A stretch of 64,000 bases of DNA from Octopus sinensis (GCF_006345805.1 NC_043010.1:22134001-22198000); one strand, 5' to 3'; positions 25,341-37,978 are shown, counted from the first letter of the stretch. Program-made: numbers and translations. Notes: generated by a model from the letters alone, not told the origin.

Positions 25341-26535
25341 TACGAGTGCACCTATGTATGTGTGTGTGTGTGTGTGCGTGTGTGTGTGTGTGTGTGTGCG
25401 TGTATCTTTCTTCTATGTATACAATGAAATCGTGGAGATATCACTACGTGTTCAAGGAGTTGTGGAAATGAATTCCTTATTTTAACTAGAGAGGATGAAC
25501 TTTACGCATTCAACGAACACCCATGAATAATTTACACAATTCTGGTGACTACGTCAAACAACGCCCGATTGTCATGAATGATATCTCAGCGCTCAAGTAA
25601 AGGTATGTGTAAATATGAGGACGTGTCAAGTGGTGAGTAAGTACAAAAAATATATTTGGGCGAGTGAATGGTGCAGAGTTATGTTAATAAGTGTATAAGG
25701 TGGAATATTAGCGTTCGTTTGCGTGTGTGTCTGTAAATTTATGAGTTTTTCAGAAAAAGAGTGTAAATGCGTTCCGAAACTCTTCCCCGCCACTGTGGCC
25801 GTTTTTATGGAACTTGAGAAAAGAAATGTTTATCACAATTGCAAATAATAAGTCTTCTAGAAATAATTCTGTCATCTTTTGTTCCGCCTTCACATCGAAA
25901 GAGACTGGAAGAAAAATGACAATTAGAAAATAGAATAATTATAACAAACTATTTTACGAAATTATGAAATATTGCTGTTAGGCTTTTCAAATTGGAAAGA
26001 AAAAAATGTCTGACAAAAACAGGCAACTAAGATAATTTGCTCAACTCCTCTTCAATTTCCGTCAAATAAAACGGTTTCAATTTCTGGCATACAAGGTGGA
26101 CTTAGACCAAACAAGAAAAGAAAAATAAGAAACAAGGAACCACATAAATAAAATATGTAATTTTGTACTTCCTTCTTTCCCAATTTGGATCAATGAAAGA
26201 TAACAAATATTACAAGAAACTAAGTAATTTACATCGGTTTTTTAAGACCAGACTTGCATTTCTCTATTGCAGTTTCTCATAGACTAAACGTATTGATACG
26301 TCGCTTGTAATGTCTACGATTAACCCAGACGTTGCTTATGAATTTTTCGTATAAGAAATTGCATGGAGGCTGGCCAAATATTTGCTAAACCACCAGAAAC
26401 AGTAACCCCTAAGGGCTGCAAAATGTTTACAAAAAGAATAAATAGCGTACGAATATATAACACACACACACATCATACCATATAATATAATCGTATTCTT
26501 ACATCTGAATCTATGTAAATAAGTGGTATATAGTT

Positions 26536-26587
<52 letters not shown>

Positions 26588-26609
26588 TATATATATGTAT
26601 ATGTATGTA

Positions 26610-26653
<44 letters not shown>

Positions 26654-26858
26654 TATACATATACACTTTTATATGAGTGTATATATATACACATATATAT
26701 CTTATATACATATGCATACGCACACACACACGTATATGTATATATATAAATTTATACATATATAATATAATATTAATATATATATATACATATAAATATA
26801 TTTATATATGAATATATATATATATAAATTCATACACACACACACACACACAACACAC

Positions 26859-26897
<39 letters not shown>

Positions 26898-27244
26898 TGT
26901 GTGTATATACATATAGAGTTATATAGATATAGATAATTATCTTTTCATCAATACGAGACTTGGGCTCCTTTGTGCAAGCGAAGTTCAAACCAATATTTTT
27001 GGCATCTTATTACAGTGAATATTTAATATTTCTACTGTGGGAACTACATATAATAACAGTATATTTTATAGAAATCTCCACAGACTTGGAGCAATATCTA
27101 ATATACACACGTACACTCAGACTCACGCACAGAAATGCATACATATTGGTTGTATGTAAACATATACATATATACATATATATATATGTATGTATATTTA
27201 TATGTAAATGCATATATATATATGTATATATATATACATGTATG

Positions 27245-27281
<37 letters not shown>

Positions 27282-27336
27282 GCATAAACCGTGTTTATAT
27301 TATATATGCAGGTGTGTGTGCGCATGTATATATATA

Positions 27337-27457
27337 GGAGTGGCTGTGTGGCAAGTAGCTTGCTCACCAAACACATGGTTCCAGGTTCAGTCCCACTGCG
27401 TGGCACCTTGCCTTGTGAGTGGATTTGGTAGACGGAAACTGAAAGAAGCCGGTCGTA

Positions 27458-27499
<42 letters not shown>

Positions 27500-27725
27500 C
27501 ATATATGCATGTATGTGTGTGTATGTTTGTGTCTGTGTTTGTCCCCAACATCGATTGACAACCGATGCTGGTGTGTTTAGGTCCCCGTAACTTAGCGGTT
27601 CGGCAAAACTGACCCATAGAATAAGTACTTGGCTTACAAAGAATAAGTCCTGGGGTCGAATTACTCGACTAAAGGCGGTGCTCCAGCATGGCTACAGTCA
27701 AATGATTGAAACAAATAAAAGAGTA
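27337..27725 (+). mobile_element. SINE family A with an internal deletion
   Basis: A-box TGGCTGTGTGG, B-box GGTTCAGTCCC, central TA/TG run, and 3' GGCGGTGCTCCAGCATGGC...AAAAGAGTA. Confidence 0.88.
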
Positions 27726-28112
27726 TATATATATGTATATATATATACATATAGTCAATAATACTTGGTAAAATTAATTAATATATATAATATAATTATA
27801 TTAGTATAATTAATATATATATATAATATATATATATAGTCAATAATACTTTGTAAAATTAATTAATAATTAAATAATTTTACCCTTTTATTATTGACAA
27901 TATAACTCTCTCTCCCTGAAATTTTAACTACAGTTCTCTCTGTAGAAATGTATTACTCTGTAACCCACGTGGGAAGAAGAGGACGAATGCGAGGCCTCAC
28001 TTGTATTTTTGAATTCGTTGGTACTGGGGGTCTAATATGGTTTGTCTGGGATTACTCGTACCAGACGGGTATGTTTGAATTTTAGTACTTTCAAATCCAA
28101 ATCTGAGAAATC

Positions 28113-28178
28113 CTTGAGCTGACGAAGGAAATGTTGATCTTTATAATCACCTAATCCAGAAACGGGCCTGTTCTCAGG
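28113..28178 (+). ncRNA. Type I hammerhead-ribozyme fold
   Basis: Stem I CTTGAG/CTCAGG; core CTGACGA; A.A then stem II GGA/TCC with an inner GTTGAT/ATCAC hairpin; GAAA; stem III ACGG-GC-CTGT; triplet GUU (cut after 28172). Confidence 0.72.
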
Positions 28179-28293
28179 TAATCTTATATAGGTGTGATCT
28201 TTCGTTATTTTTCCCTCTATATCTGTGTGGGTTATTTTTGAGTATGCATTGTCTGGGAGATTTTTCTTACAGTAGAAGAAACAGTAGAAGAAA

Positions 28294-29325
28294 CGATGGG
28301 TTGGTGCCTTCCTCTCAGATCGCTCCTTCCAAGTTCAAGTGCGAGCAGTGGCGTGCCTCAAGGTTCAGTGCTTGGGCCCTTGTTGTTCTTAGTCTTCATA
28401 AATGACTTGCCCGACGACCTCACGCAACACACCCTTCTATTTGCCGACGATATCAAACTGGTCGCTCCTCGCGGTAGTATAGAGGATCTTCGTCGATGCC
28501 TCCACCAAATTTGGAAGTGGTCTAACGATTGGGACCTGTGTCTGAACGTGTCAAAGTGCTGTCATCTGCCTGTCGGCTCTACTCCTGCAACTCAACTTGA
28601 TTTCGAGCCGGGTCGTCTGCTGCTGGAGAGGACCGATCAGGTAAAGGACCTGGGTATCTTGGTGGATTCCTTCTTTTCGCCTTCGGCCCAGTGCGTCCAT
28701 ACTGCCAACAAAGCGCGCGGAATTCTGTTTTTGATTCGACGGTCATTCGGAATGCTCACAGCAGCCATATTCCTGCCACTCTATGTCACGCTGGTGAGAC
28801 CCATATTGGAGTATGGGATTCAAGCCTCTTCTCCTTATCTCCTCAAAGACATACAGCATCTCGAAAGAGTCCAGAGGCTGGCTACCCGCATGGTTCATGG
28901 TCTCAAAAATTTGTCCTACGAAGAAAGGCTGAGGACGCTCGACCTTTATTCTCTTGAAAAACGCCGCCGCCGTGGTGATCTCATTCTCTCGCCCACAACA
29001 TCATAAGCGGGAAGTGTAACCTCTCGAAAGAGCTGTTCTTCACTCCTGCTCCGGAGCGTCGGCTGCGGGGTCATTCCGAAAAGCTCTACCTGCGACGATT
29101 TCATCTCAATCGAAGGAGAGGAGCTTTCTCCGTCCGGGTGCGGTCGTGAACAAGCTGCCAGACGAGATGGTGAAGATGCCGACGACCGCTTTGTTCCAAG
29201 CCTCCCTGGACCTCAAGTGGCCTGAACTCTTTACATGAACACCACCCTGTACTTAACTCCATGTCCCCCTACATGGCCTTGCTATTTGCTTTTGAGCCAA
29301 ATTAACTAACTAACTAACTAACTAA
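28294..29325 (+). mobile_element. CR1-clade LINE, 5'-truncated, RT C-terminal half and 3' UTR with (TAAC)n tail
   Basis: SGVPQGSVLGPLLFLVFINDL...LLFADDIKL...VRPILEYG...LERVQRLATRMV...LEKRRRRGDLI. GC-rich relative to flanks. Tail at 29303-29325. Confidence 0.93.
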
Positions 29326-29544
29326 ATAGCTGAAATTTTTGGCTGCTATTTCTAAAGAGTTCGGTGTGTGGTAAATAAATTATTTTACTGAACCCTATTT
29401 TTATAATATATATATATATATATAATAAGAGTAAATCATTTTTTCGATGGTTTTTCAGACAACCAACAATTATTTACCGGTAGATTTCGGTATGTAAATA
29501 TGACCTTTAGCGGCGGGAACTTCTGTGGAGTTCAGTATATACAG

Positions 29545-30337
29545 TATATAAGTAAAAGAGCAGGCAACAGGTTGCTTTGCCGCATACCGAAAGAATTAGA
29601 AATAGCAGTCAGAGACTGTTTATTTCCGTTTCCTACAAGTGGGGGCTCCATATACGACATAACCCTGCTTCACATATGCAAAATAGGAGGAGTAAATAAA
29701 CGAAAACAATGCCTTACCGTTAATGGCGAACATGTTTCTAGATTGCAGGCGAGAAATTGCCTCATGTCTTTCTTCAGCACCATCTTCGTTAGATTTATCA
29801 AATGCCACCAGCCTCCACTTTTGACCAGGCGTCATCAAATAGTGGTGGAAAAGTGAGCATAGGCTAAAGCTATGTAGACGATTGAATCCGTAAATTTTCC
29901 TTCCAAAATTCTGCCATGCGCACTACCGGGATAGTCGTAAGGGAGTGAAAAATCCAATTAGTAATATAATAATAAGGGTAAATAATTTACGAATTCAATC
30001 GTCTACATAGCTTTAGCCTATGCTCACTTTCTCCCCACTATTTGATGACGCCTGGTCAAAAGTGGAGGCTGGTGGCATTTGATAAATCTAACGAAGATGG
30101 TGCTGAAGAAAGACATGAGGCAATTTCTCGCTTCCGATCTAGAAACATGTTCGCCATTAACGGTAAGGCATTGTTTTCGTTTATTTACTCCTCCTATTTT
30201 GCATATGTGAATTGCAGGGTTATGTCGTATATGGAGCCCCCACTTGTAGGAAACGGAAATAAACAGTCTCTGACTGCTATTTCTAATTCTTTCGGTATGC
30301 GGCAAAGCAACCTGTTTCCTGCCCTTTTACTTATATA
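29545..30337. repeat. Long near-perfect inverted repeat (arms 29545-29896 and 29984-30337, 87-bp spacer)
   Basis: The arms are reverse complements with about ten mismatches counted by eye over ~350 bp. Confidence 0.95.
30097..30157 (+). ncRNA. Type I hammerhead-ribozyme fold (mirror copy on the minus strand at 29723-29783)
   Basis: Stem I ATGGTG/CGCCAT; core CTGAAGA; A.A then stem II AGA/TCT; GAAA; palindromic stem III ACATGT; triplet GUU (cut after 30151). Confidence 0.68.
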
Positions 30338-30827
30338 TATATATATGCATATCTAAGAAAATGGAGGAATAAATAACTAGAAGTGGGTCTTTGGTGCTAA
30401 AAAGCCATTATTTAATTAGTTATCGTCTCTATATACATCAAACTACGGTTTACCTTTAAATTACCTGCCCTCGTATACCTTATAACCAGGACCACACTTA
30501 CTGAGTTAATTACCAGGAGTGCCTCTGGATGCATTTATCCCTTAGATGGTTTAAACACCTCTAATTATACGTTATATGTCTGTATATATATAATGTACAG
30601 GTATGTGTCTGGGTGTGATCTTTGTGTGTGAATAATATCAGTAAATTACAGAAGTTTGATAGTGGAATTGAAAAGAGATGACCACCACTTCATCACATTA
30701 GCCTTGCCGACAGAAATGCAGTGAAACAGGGAATAAAGTGCTGTAAATGGATTTGGGCTGACACCAATAATATTTCCACGTAATCAAGTTTTAAGTGTTA
30801 AAATAAATACATATGCTTATACTTATA

Positions 30828-31357
30828 GATGCAGGTGTGGCTGTGTGGTAAGAAGCTTGCTTCCAAACCACAACATGGTTCTCGGTTCAGTCCCACTGCG
30901 TGGTACCTTGCGATAGTGTCTGCTACTATATCCTCGGGGCGAACAAAGCCTTGTGAGTGATTATGGTAGACAGAAACTGAAAGAAATCTGTCATATATAT
31001 ATATATGTGTGTGCGCGTGTGTGTGTGTGTGTGTGTGTATGTGTGTGTGTGTATGTGTGTGTTTGTGTGTATGTGTGCTTTTTCGTGTTTGTGTGTGTGT
31101 GTGTATACATATATCTATGTGTGTGAGTGTCGTTGTGTCTGTGTTTGTCTGCCCGTCACCGCTTGACAACCGGAGTTGGTGTGTTTACGTACCCGCAAAT
31201 TAGCGGTTCGGCAAAACGTGGCCGATAGAATAAGTACCAGGCTTTAAAAAAAAGAATTTAGTGCCGGGGGTGAATTCATTCGACTAAAATCCCTGAAGGT
31301 GTTGCTCCAGCATGGTCGCAGTCAAATGACTGCAACAAGCAAAAGAATAAAAGAATA
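30828..31357 (+). mobile_element. SINE family A, near full length
   Basis: Head GCAGGTGTGGCTGTGTGGTAAG, B-box GGTTCAGTCCC, internal TG run and (AAAAGAAT) tail. Confidence 0.9.
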
Positions 31358-31998
31358 TATGAGATATTTTACTCCGGACGAATCGGTGTTTCTTAGAAAA
31401 CCACGTTTAAAACAAAATCCTCAAAGATGCAAGCCTAACAGCAGTGCCTAGAACTCATATGCGACTTCTCTCTTAAGTATTTCGTAAGTAAAACTGTTAT
31501 ATTTATTTGCGTATCTTGTTTTTTTAGAGGGTTCAAGAAATATAAACATATATTAGTGTTTAAAATATAAAAATTATTAGGCAATAGTTTGTGTGCATTA
31601 TTCATGGGTAAGGGATATTCTTCTTGGTCTAGAAGTTAGAATATAAGATCACTGATACATTTTTAATGTACTAGGAAACTAAACATATTGACTTTCATTT
31701 CCAGTTGTTGAAACTCCAACTGCGTATCCCAAAATTATGTTTCGACAGTGAGACTAAATACACGTTTTGAAGATTTTTTTATTATACTGCATATAGTTTA
31801 CTGGGACAGGTTCAAAGACAACTTTAAGATACTTCTTCCGATACTAGGAAATAAAAAAAGATGTGCAGCAATATAAACGTCAGCGTTCACGCGTGTAAGG
31901 AATTTTCTAGAAGAGCTAAGAACCTAAATTCGAATTGTTACCATTGCACAACCATGGCTGTAATCCACTCTATCAAGTGATGAAGGGGGAAGTGCTAA

Positions 31999-32046
<48 letters not shown>

Positions 32047-32059
32047 ACACACACACATG

Positions 32060-32118
<59 letters not shown>

Positions 32119-33223
32119 CTGTATGTGTGTGTGTGCTTGTACAAGAGTTGCAGAACATGTACCTCCTTGCGACAATGTAACCTTTAATTTAATCAAGATA
32201 CCCTTAGCCTGAAGAGTAGCCGGCGGTACACACCTCACTTGGATTTTACCACTTCTGAGGTTCCGCTCGCTATGAAACATACGTAGCCCTCATCCTTCCT
32301 TCTCTGATCTGTAACGCGTGTAGAGTGTTCAAGAAATATTAAAATATATTAGGGTTTAAAAATTCGCACATCCGACAACCCTGTCGCCTACCATGGAATA
32401 TAAACCGAACATTTTTCAACATATCGTTCTTCGATACGATAAGAATCCACAACCTTCCGTCAATAAACCACTATTGTCCCTAAAAGTTGGTTTATTTTTT
32501 GTATTTACTACGGATTGCTTGAAGCTAACTTTCTTCCTACACCTCAACCCCTGGATCTTACTTTTACACACACTCATACACAACAGCACGACACCACACA
32601 GCGCATACATACATAAATGTTATATATAATATATATATATATATATAATATATATATATTATTGTTATATATATACAACGTACATACATGCACGGAACTG
32701 ACATGGATGCTCCGAATCCCATTTTTGATGGCACAGTCAAGATAGATTTTTAAGACAATGATTCTCTAGCCGAGATACTTTAAGTTTAAAAAATGCCCAC
32801 ACTTGGGTGTCTGCAGCGATAGTTCGATCAACTTACCAATTCAACCACACATTTCCAAATACTCGGAACTCTCTTAGCTTAAAGTGTTTTGTCGTTTTGT
32901 TAGCTACTGGCTTGAGCTCTCTGCCAAACTCAAATAAAATTCTAAGAAAAATTATATAGAAGTGTGTGTCTCTAATTTGTCATAACTAGTTATGAAATAA
33001 AGAGCAGCAGTAAAACACTGAGGCTTTCGATATTTTGGACTGGAATACTGTGATATGCACCTCTTGAAGGTTCCTCCAAACCTATACTTTGGAATTTTGA
33101 TTCTATGACAAAGCAAAATATATTTTTCATGAAAAATATCGTTTTGGCAAATTATACGATCATAACCCAGGGTGCAACAATTATATCAGTTATTGATCGC
33201 TGGACCGCTGAAATCTACAAGTA

Positions 33224-33278
<55 letters not shown>

Positions 33279-33281
33279 ATT

Positions 33282-33319
33282 CCTTTCTGTTGAAGAGTAT
33301 AGGCTCGAAACGTAAAAGG
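33282..33319 (+). ncRNA. Minimal hammerhead variant (A6U core, loopless ACGT stem III)
   Basis: CCTTT-CTGTTGA-A-GAGT-ATAG-GCTC-GAAAC-GT-A-AAAGG. Confidence 0.55.
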
Positions 33320-33372
33320 CCGTTTCATTTTTCCAGAGCGTTAATGTAATAGCTGAATAAATATATGCATAC

Positions 33373-33412
<40 letters not shown>

Positions 33413-33668
33413 GAGATGCAGCACGGACTTTGTCAGTGAACAGGCCGCGGATTTTAGCGACGAAAATATTTTGACAAATTAAACTTAAATGTTGGAGTGA
33501 ATCGAACGGTTTTTGTGTGTTTCTTAAATGGCTTATAAACACCTTCCACGCTGCAATTGTTTTCGTTTCAGCACACGGTCTCAGATCAAATTACTTGCTA
33601 TGCGAGTACATCTCCGTAATATATATATATATATAAATAGGTAAATATAGGCAGATAGACAGACAGAC

Positions 33669-33718
<50 letters not shown>

Positions 33719-33721
33719 CTT

Positions 33722-33767
<46 letters not shown>

Positions 33768-33794
33768 CAGACAGATAGATAGATAGATAGATAT

Positions 33795-33861
<67 letters not shown>

Positions 33862-34519
33862 TGCGTGTGGGGGGGACCGTATTTCAGTTGGTTGCAACTG
33901 AAGATCGAAACTAGATAGCTGTCTTCATACGTCAGTTTTGTATCTTCTGTTCTATTTCACAGAACACAAACGCCAAAAATATTATTAATCAGTAATGTTG
34001 CTCAATTTTAGCAGATTTTCGCGAAAGATTCTGACCAATTTATATTCTCTACGACGGCACTAGAAAATGGCACATTTCTTTTTACTGAAGAATACATTGT
34101 TTAACAACTCTTAAAAGTTATAACAGGAACAAATTGAAAGATCTCTGATTAAACGATGAAAGATAAACGCCAACTTAATTCCTTCATTAAATACCGTATC
34201 CATTAATGGAATGGCAGTTATCAGAAATTACACGTAATCTTTTAATGAAAGTAAATCTTACAATCATTATTGAAATACCTGAGTACTGTTCGGATTTTCT
34301 TTCCAACTTAATCCTTCCATTGATGTTCTACATGTTTATCCAAATTAGCTAAGAATTAGATGTTAAGATTTCAATGTGAGAATTATTGGTGATTAAATTT
34401 TATGTCCAGTTCTTGGCAATGAGCCTATTAGTTGCAGGAAAGCTTATTGCACCGGGTTCAAATACAGCTTGCTTCATATTGTATATCCCCAACCACTTTG
34501 GTCAGGTGTTGTATTTATG

Positions 34520-34737
34520 TTCTATTCTTTTATTTGTTTCGGTCATTTGATTGCGGCCATGCTAGAGCACTGCTTTTAGTCGAACAAATCTATGCAAGGA
34601 CTTATGGACTTATATATTGTAAACCTAGTACATATTCTGTCGGTCACTTTTGCAGAACCGCTAAGTTTCGGGGACGTAAACAAATCAATATCGATTGCCT
34701 AGCGATGGTGGGGGGGACAAACACAGACACACAAATA

Positions 34738-34777
<40 letters not shown>

Positions 34778-35360
34778 TGTGTGCCTCTGTGTGTGTGTGT
34801 GGAGGCGCAATTTCCAGTGGTTAGGGCAGCGGACTCACAGTCATAGGATGGCAGTTTCGATTTCCAGACCCGGCGTTGTGAGTGTTTTTTGAGCGAAACA
34901 CTTAAAAGCCCCACGAGGCTCCGGCAGCCGGTAGTCGCAAACCCTGCTGTACTCTTTCACCACAACTTTCTCTCACTCTTTCTTCCTGTTGTACCTGAAT
35001 TTCAAAGGGCCCAGCCTTGTCACACTCTGTGTCATGCTGAATCTCCCCGAGAAATACATTAAGGGTACACGTGTCTGTGGAGTGCTCAGCCACTTGCAGG
35101 TTAATTTTACGAGCAGGCTATTCCGTTGATCGGATCAACTGGAACCTCCGTCGTCGGAAACCAAGGGGTGCCATAGTATATATATATATATATATATGCA
35201 TACATACACGACGGGCTTCTTTATTTTTCCGCTCACAAAATTTACTCACAAGTCTTTGATCTGCCCGAGGCTAAAAAAAAGACACTTTCTCAAGGTGCCA
35301 CGTAGTCAGACTGAACCCAGAACCATGTGGTTGGGAAGCTAGCTTCTTACCACACAGTTG
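34520..35360 (-). mobile_element. SINE family A split by a nested family C SINE
   Basis: The 3' half at 34520-34735 and the 5' half at 35205-35360 flank the insertion, which lies in the central TA/TG run. Confidence 0.8.
34801..35172 (+). mobile_element. tRNA-headed SINE family C (GGAGGCGCAAT...), near full length
   Basis: A-box-like CCAGTGGTTAGG and B-box GTTTCGATTTCC. The body matches 35521-35650 and the reverse complement of 42157-42330. Confidence 0.85.
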
Positions 35361-35470
35361 TTTATTTAAGAATAGTTGAATGATAACTTATTCAGTTTAG
35401 ATTGTTCTGTCAGTCTGAAGTTTGCCAGTATTTGTCAACGAAGTAAATTTTATATATATGTACATGTGTG

Positions 35471-35513
<43 letters not shown>

Positions 35514-35520
35514 TGTGCGT

Positions 35521-36535
35521 GGAGGCGCAATCTCCCAGTGGTTAGGGTAGCGGACTCGCAGTCATAGGATGGCAGTTTCGATTCCCAGACCCGGCGTTGT
35601 GAGTGTTTTTTGGGCGAAACACTTAAAAGCCCCACGAGGCTCCGGCAGGAAAGAAATTCAATTAAACCACCATCTTCATATTAGTATATTTGCCGTGATG
35701 TTCTGAGTTCAAATTCCGCTGAGATCGAATTTGCCATTCTTCCTTTCGGGATCGAATAAATAAGTACCAGTTACGCACTGACCTCGATGTATTTCACTTA
35801 ATCCCTTTGTCTGTTCTTGATTGTCCCCTCTATTTTTATCCCCACTCCTGCGGGCAATAAAAAATAAATATATTTGCTTTATACATCTGCTGATTGCGAA
35901 AAATTTTTCAATTTCCCACACAGGCGCAGGCATTGCTAAGGGGCCAAAAGTTTGCTTCCCAACCCGATGGTTCTGGGTTCATTCCCACAGTGGGTGTCTA
36001 CTGTAGCCTCGTGCTGACCGAAACAATGCGACTGGATTTGATAGAAGGAAACTAAAAGAAGTCCGTTTAATATATAAATATATGTGTGTGTGTCTGTGTG
36101 AGCTTGTGTGTGTGTGTGTCGGTTTGTGAGTATGTGTCTATGTGTGAGCATGCGTATATGTGCGTGAGTGTGCCTGTGTGAGTGTGTGTGTGTACGTGTG
36201 TGTGTGTGTGTCTATGAGTGTGTGTGTGTGTATGCGTGTCTATGTGTGTGAGTTTGTGTGTGTGGAATTGAACGTGCGTGTGTTTGTGTGTATGTGTTTG
36301 TATGTGTGTGTGTGCGTACGTGTGTGTGTCCGTGTCCATCAAAACATTTGGGAAACGGTATCGTTGTGTTTAAGTCCCTCTACCATGGAAGTTCATCAAA
36401 AGAGATCGATGGAATAAGAACCAGGCTTAAAACTAAAAATAAATGCTGGCGGCGATTCGGTGAACTACAAAAAACCTTCAATGCGGTGCCCCAGTGTGGT
36501 CACAGTTTAATCACTGAAACAAGGAAAAGAACAGA
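35521..36535 (+). mobile_element. SINE cluster: family C 5' part (35521-35650), family B (35690-35872), family A with expanded (TG)n (35922-36535)
   Basis: Motif matches to the other copies in this window. Confidence 0.75.
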
Positions 36536-37670
36536 ACAGAACTAACAGCTCCGTGCATGAACCGGACGTATTACATATTTTCTAACCAAAAACCAAGAGT
36601 AAAATGAAGGCTGCATAAAATAATACAAGACATTACCTACAAAGCCTTATCCCATCCAGTTCTGTTAAGAAATTACCAATAATCTATCGACGCTTTATTG
36701 TTTTATTGGTTTCACTTTGATTATATATAAATTCATTTTATATAAAACGGAATATTAAAATCTAATATAGTGGATTATAGTAGGATATTTACTCTTGTAT
36801 AAGTTATACTACGCTGCATGTTATACACCATAGGATTTTAAAAACAATTTAGACCCGTTACATCCAAATCATGTATGCGCAGGATGTGTGTATGTGCAGG
36901 ATAACGCGCGTTACACATGGATTCATATAGTATTAAAGTTGAATGCAGTTAATAAGATTATGTATTTTCAGAAGAATATTAACATCATCTGTTTACCTTT
37001 CCAGATATGTATATGTATATATATATATATATGCATGTATGTATATATGTATATATATATGTATATATACATGTGCATCAGCTTAAAGGCTGTGCTCCAG
37101 TATGGCCGCAGTCAGATGACTGAAACTAAACTGAAGGAAGCCTGTCGTATATATATATATATATATAAACCTATGCTTGTGTGTCGTCTGTGTTTGTCCC
37201 CCATCACCACTTAACAACTTGTGTTGTGTTTACATCCTCGTAACTTAGATGTTCGGCACAAGAGACCGATAGAATAAGTACCAGGCTTAAAGAATAAGTA
37301 CAGGGGTGGATTCATTCGACTAAAAAGTCAAGGTGGTGCCCCAGAATGGACGTAGTCTAATGACTGAAACAAGTGAAAGATATATATATATATGTTTTAA
37401 AATTATAATGAGGGTGAAAAATTGGATATTAATTTGATAACATCAATTTAACACCAGTGGTCTAGCATATTAAACAAACTGAGCTTCAGTAAATAGTATT
37501 ACATACTATTTGTTACTTTTCATTTGTCTTGTTCGTTTACGTTTCTGGTGTTTGCTAAATTTTCTAGAGTACAATTCTTAGTGGTAAGACCATAGCGGAT
37601 CTTCTTCTAGCATAAGGGTTTCCACATTGTGGTAAATACGGCTTATATGTATGTATGTATATATATATAT

Positions 37671-37704
<34 letters not shown>

Positions 37705-37709
<5 letters not shown>

Positions 37710-37903
37710 GGTCCCGGGTTGATCCGGGGTTAACCACAGTAAGTAAGGTACTCAATACATAGCAGAGTAAAATTAATTTATTATATAGAAGGAGCTTCTA
37801 CAGGACTAGTACTGTTTCATTCAAGAGAAATCTTCAGGAGCTTCCTGAAGATTTCTCTGAATGAAACAGTACTAGTCCTGTAGAAGCTCCTTCTATATAA
37901 TAA

Positions 37904-37905
<2 letters not shown>
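37705..37905. mobile_element. Penelope-type pLTR end folded back into a ~128-bp palindrome (37777-37904)
   Basis: tttattatatagaaggagcttctacagg...cttcagga-gct-tcctgaag...cctgtagaagctccttctatataataaa, with a single 1-nt indel. Each arm carries CTGAAGA...GAAAC-AGTACTA-GTC. Confidence 0.7.
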
Positions 37906-37938
<33 letters not shown>

Positions 37939-37941
37939 ATA

Positions 37942-37978
<37 letters not shown>

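Larger units (their letters stand above)
27752..29400 (+). mobile_element. Non-coding hammerhead-bearing repeat (retrozyme/pLTR-like), interrupted by a CR1 insertion
   Basis: 27840-28281 and 29326-29400 are collinear with the reverse complement of 55250-54720. Confidence 0.75.

Noticed and set aside
25490-25635. Segment with acceptor-like TTTTAACTAG and donors AAG|GTATGT and GTG|GTGAGT
   Set aside because: All three frames contain stops. It could only be a non-coding exon, and nothing else supports that.
33900-33935. CTGAAGA-TC-GAAAC hammerhead-like remnant
   Set aside because: Stem II is absent and stems I and III do not pair.
34801-34880. tRNA gene at SINE heads (also 27337, 35521, 39112)
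   Set aside because: A and B boxes are present but there is no complete cloverleaf, and each continues into a SINE body.
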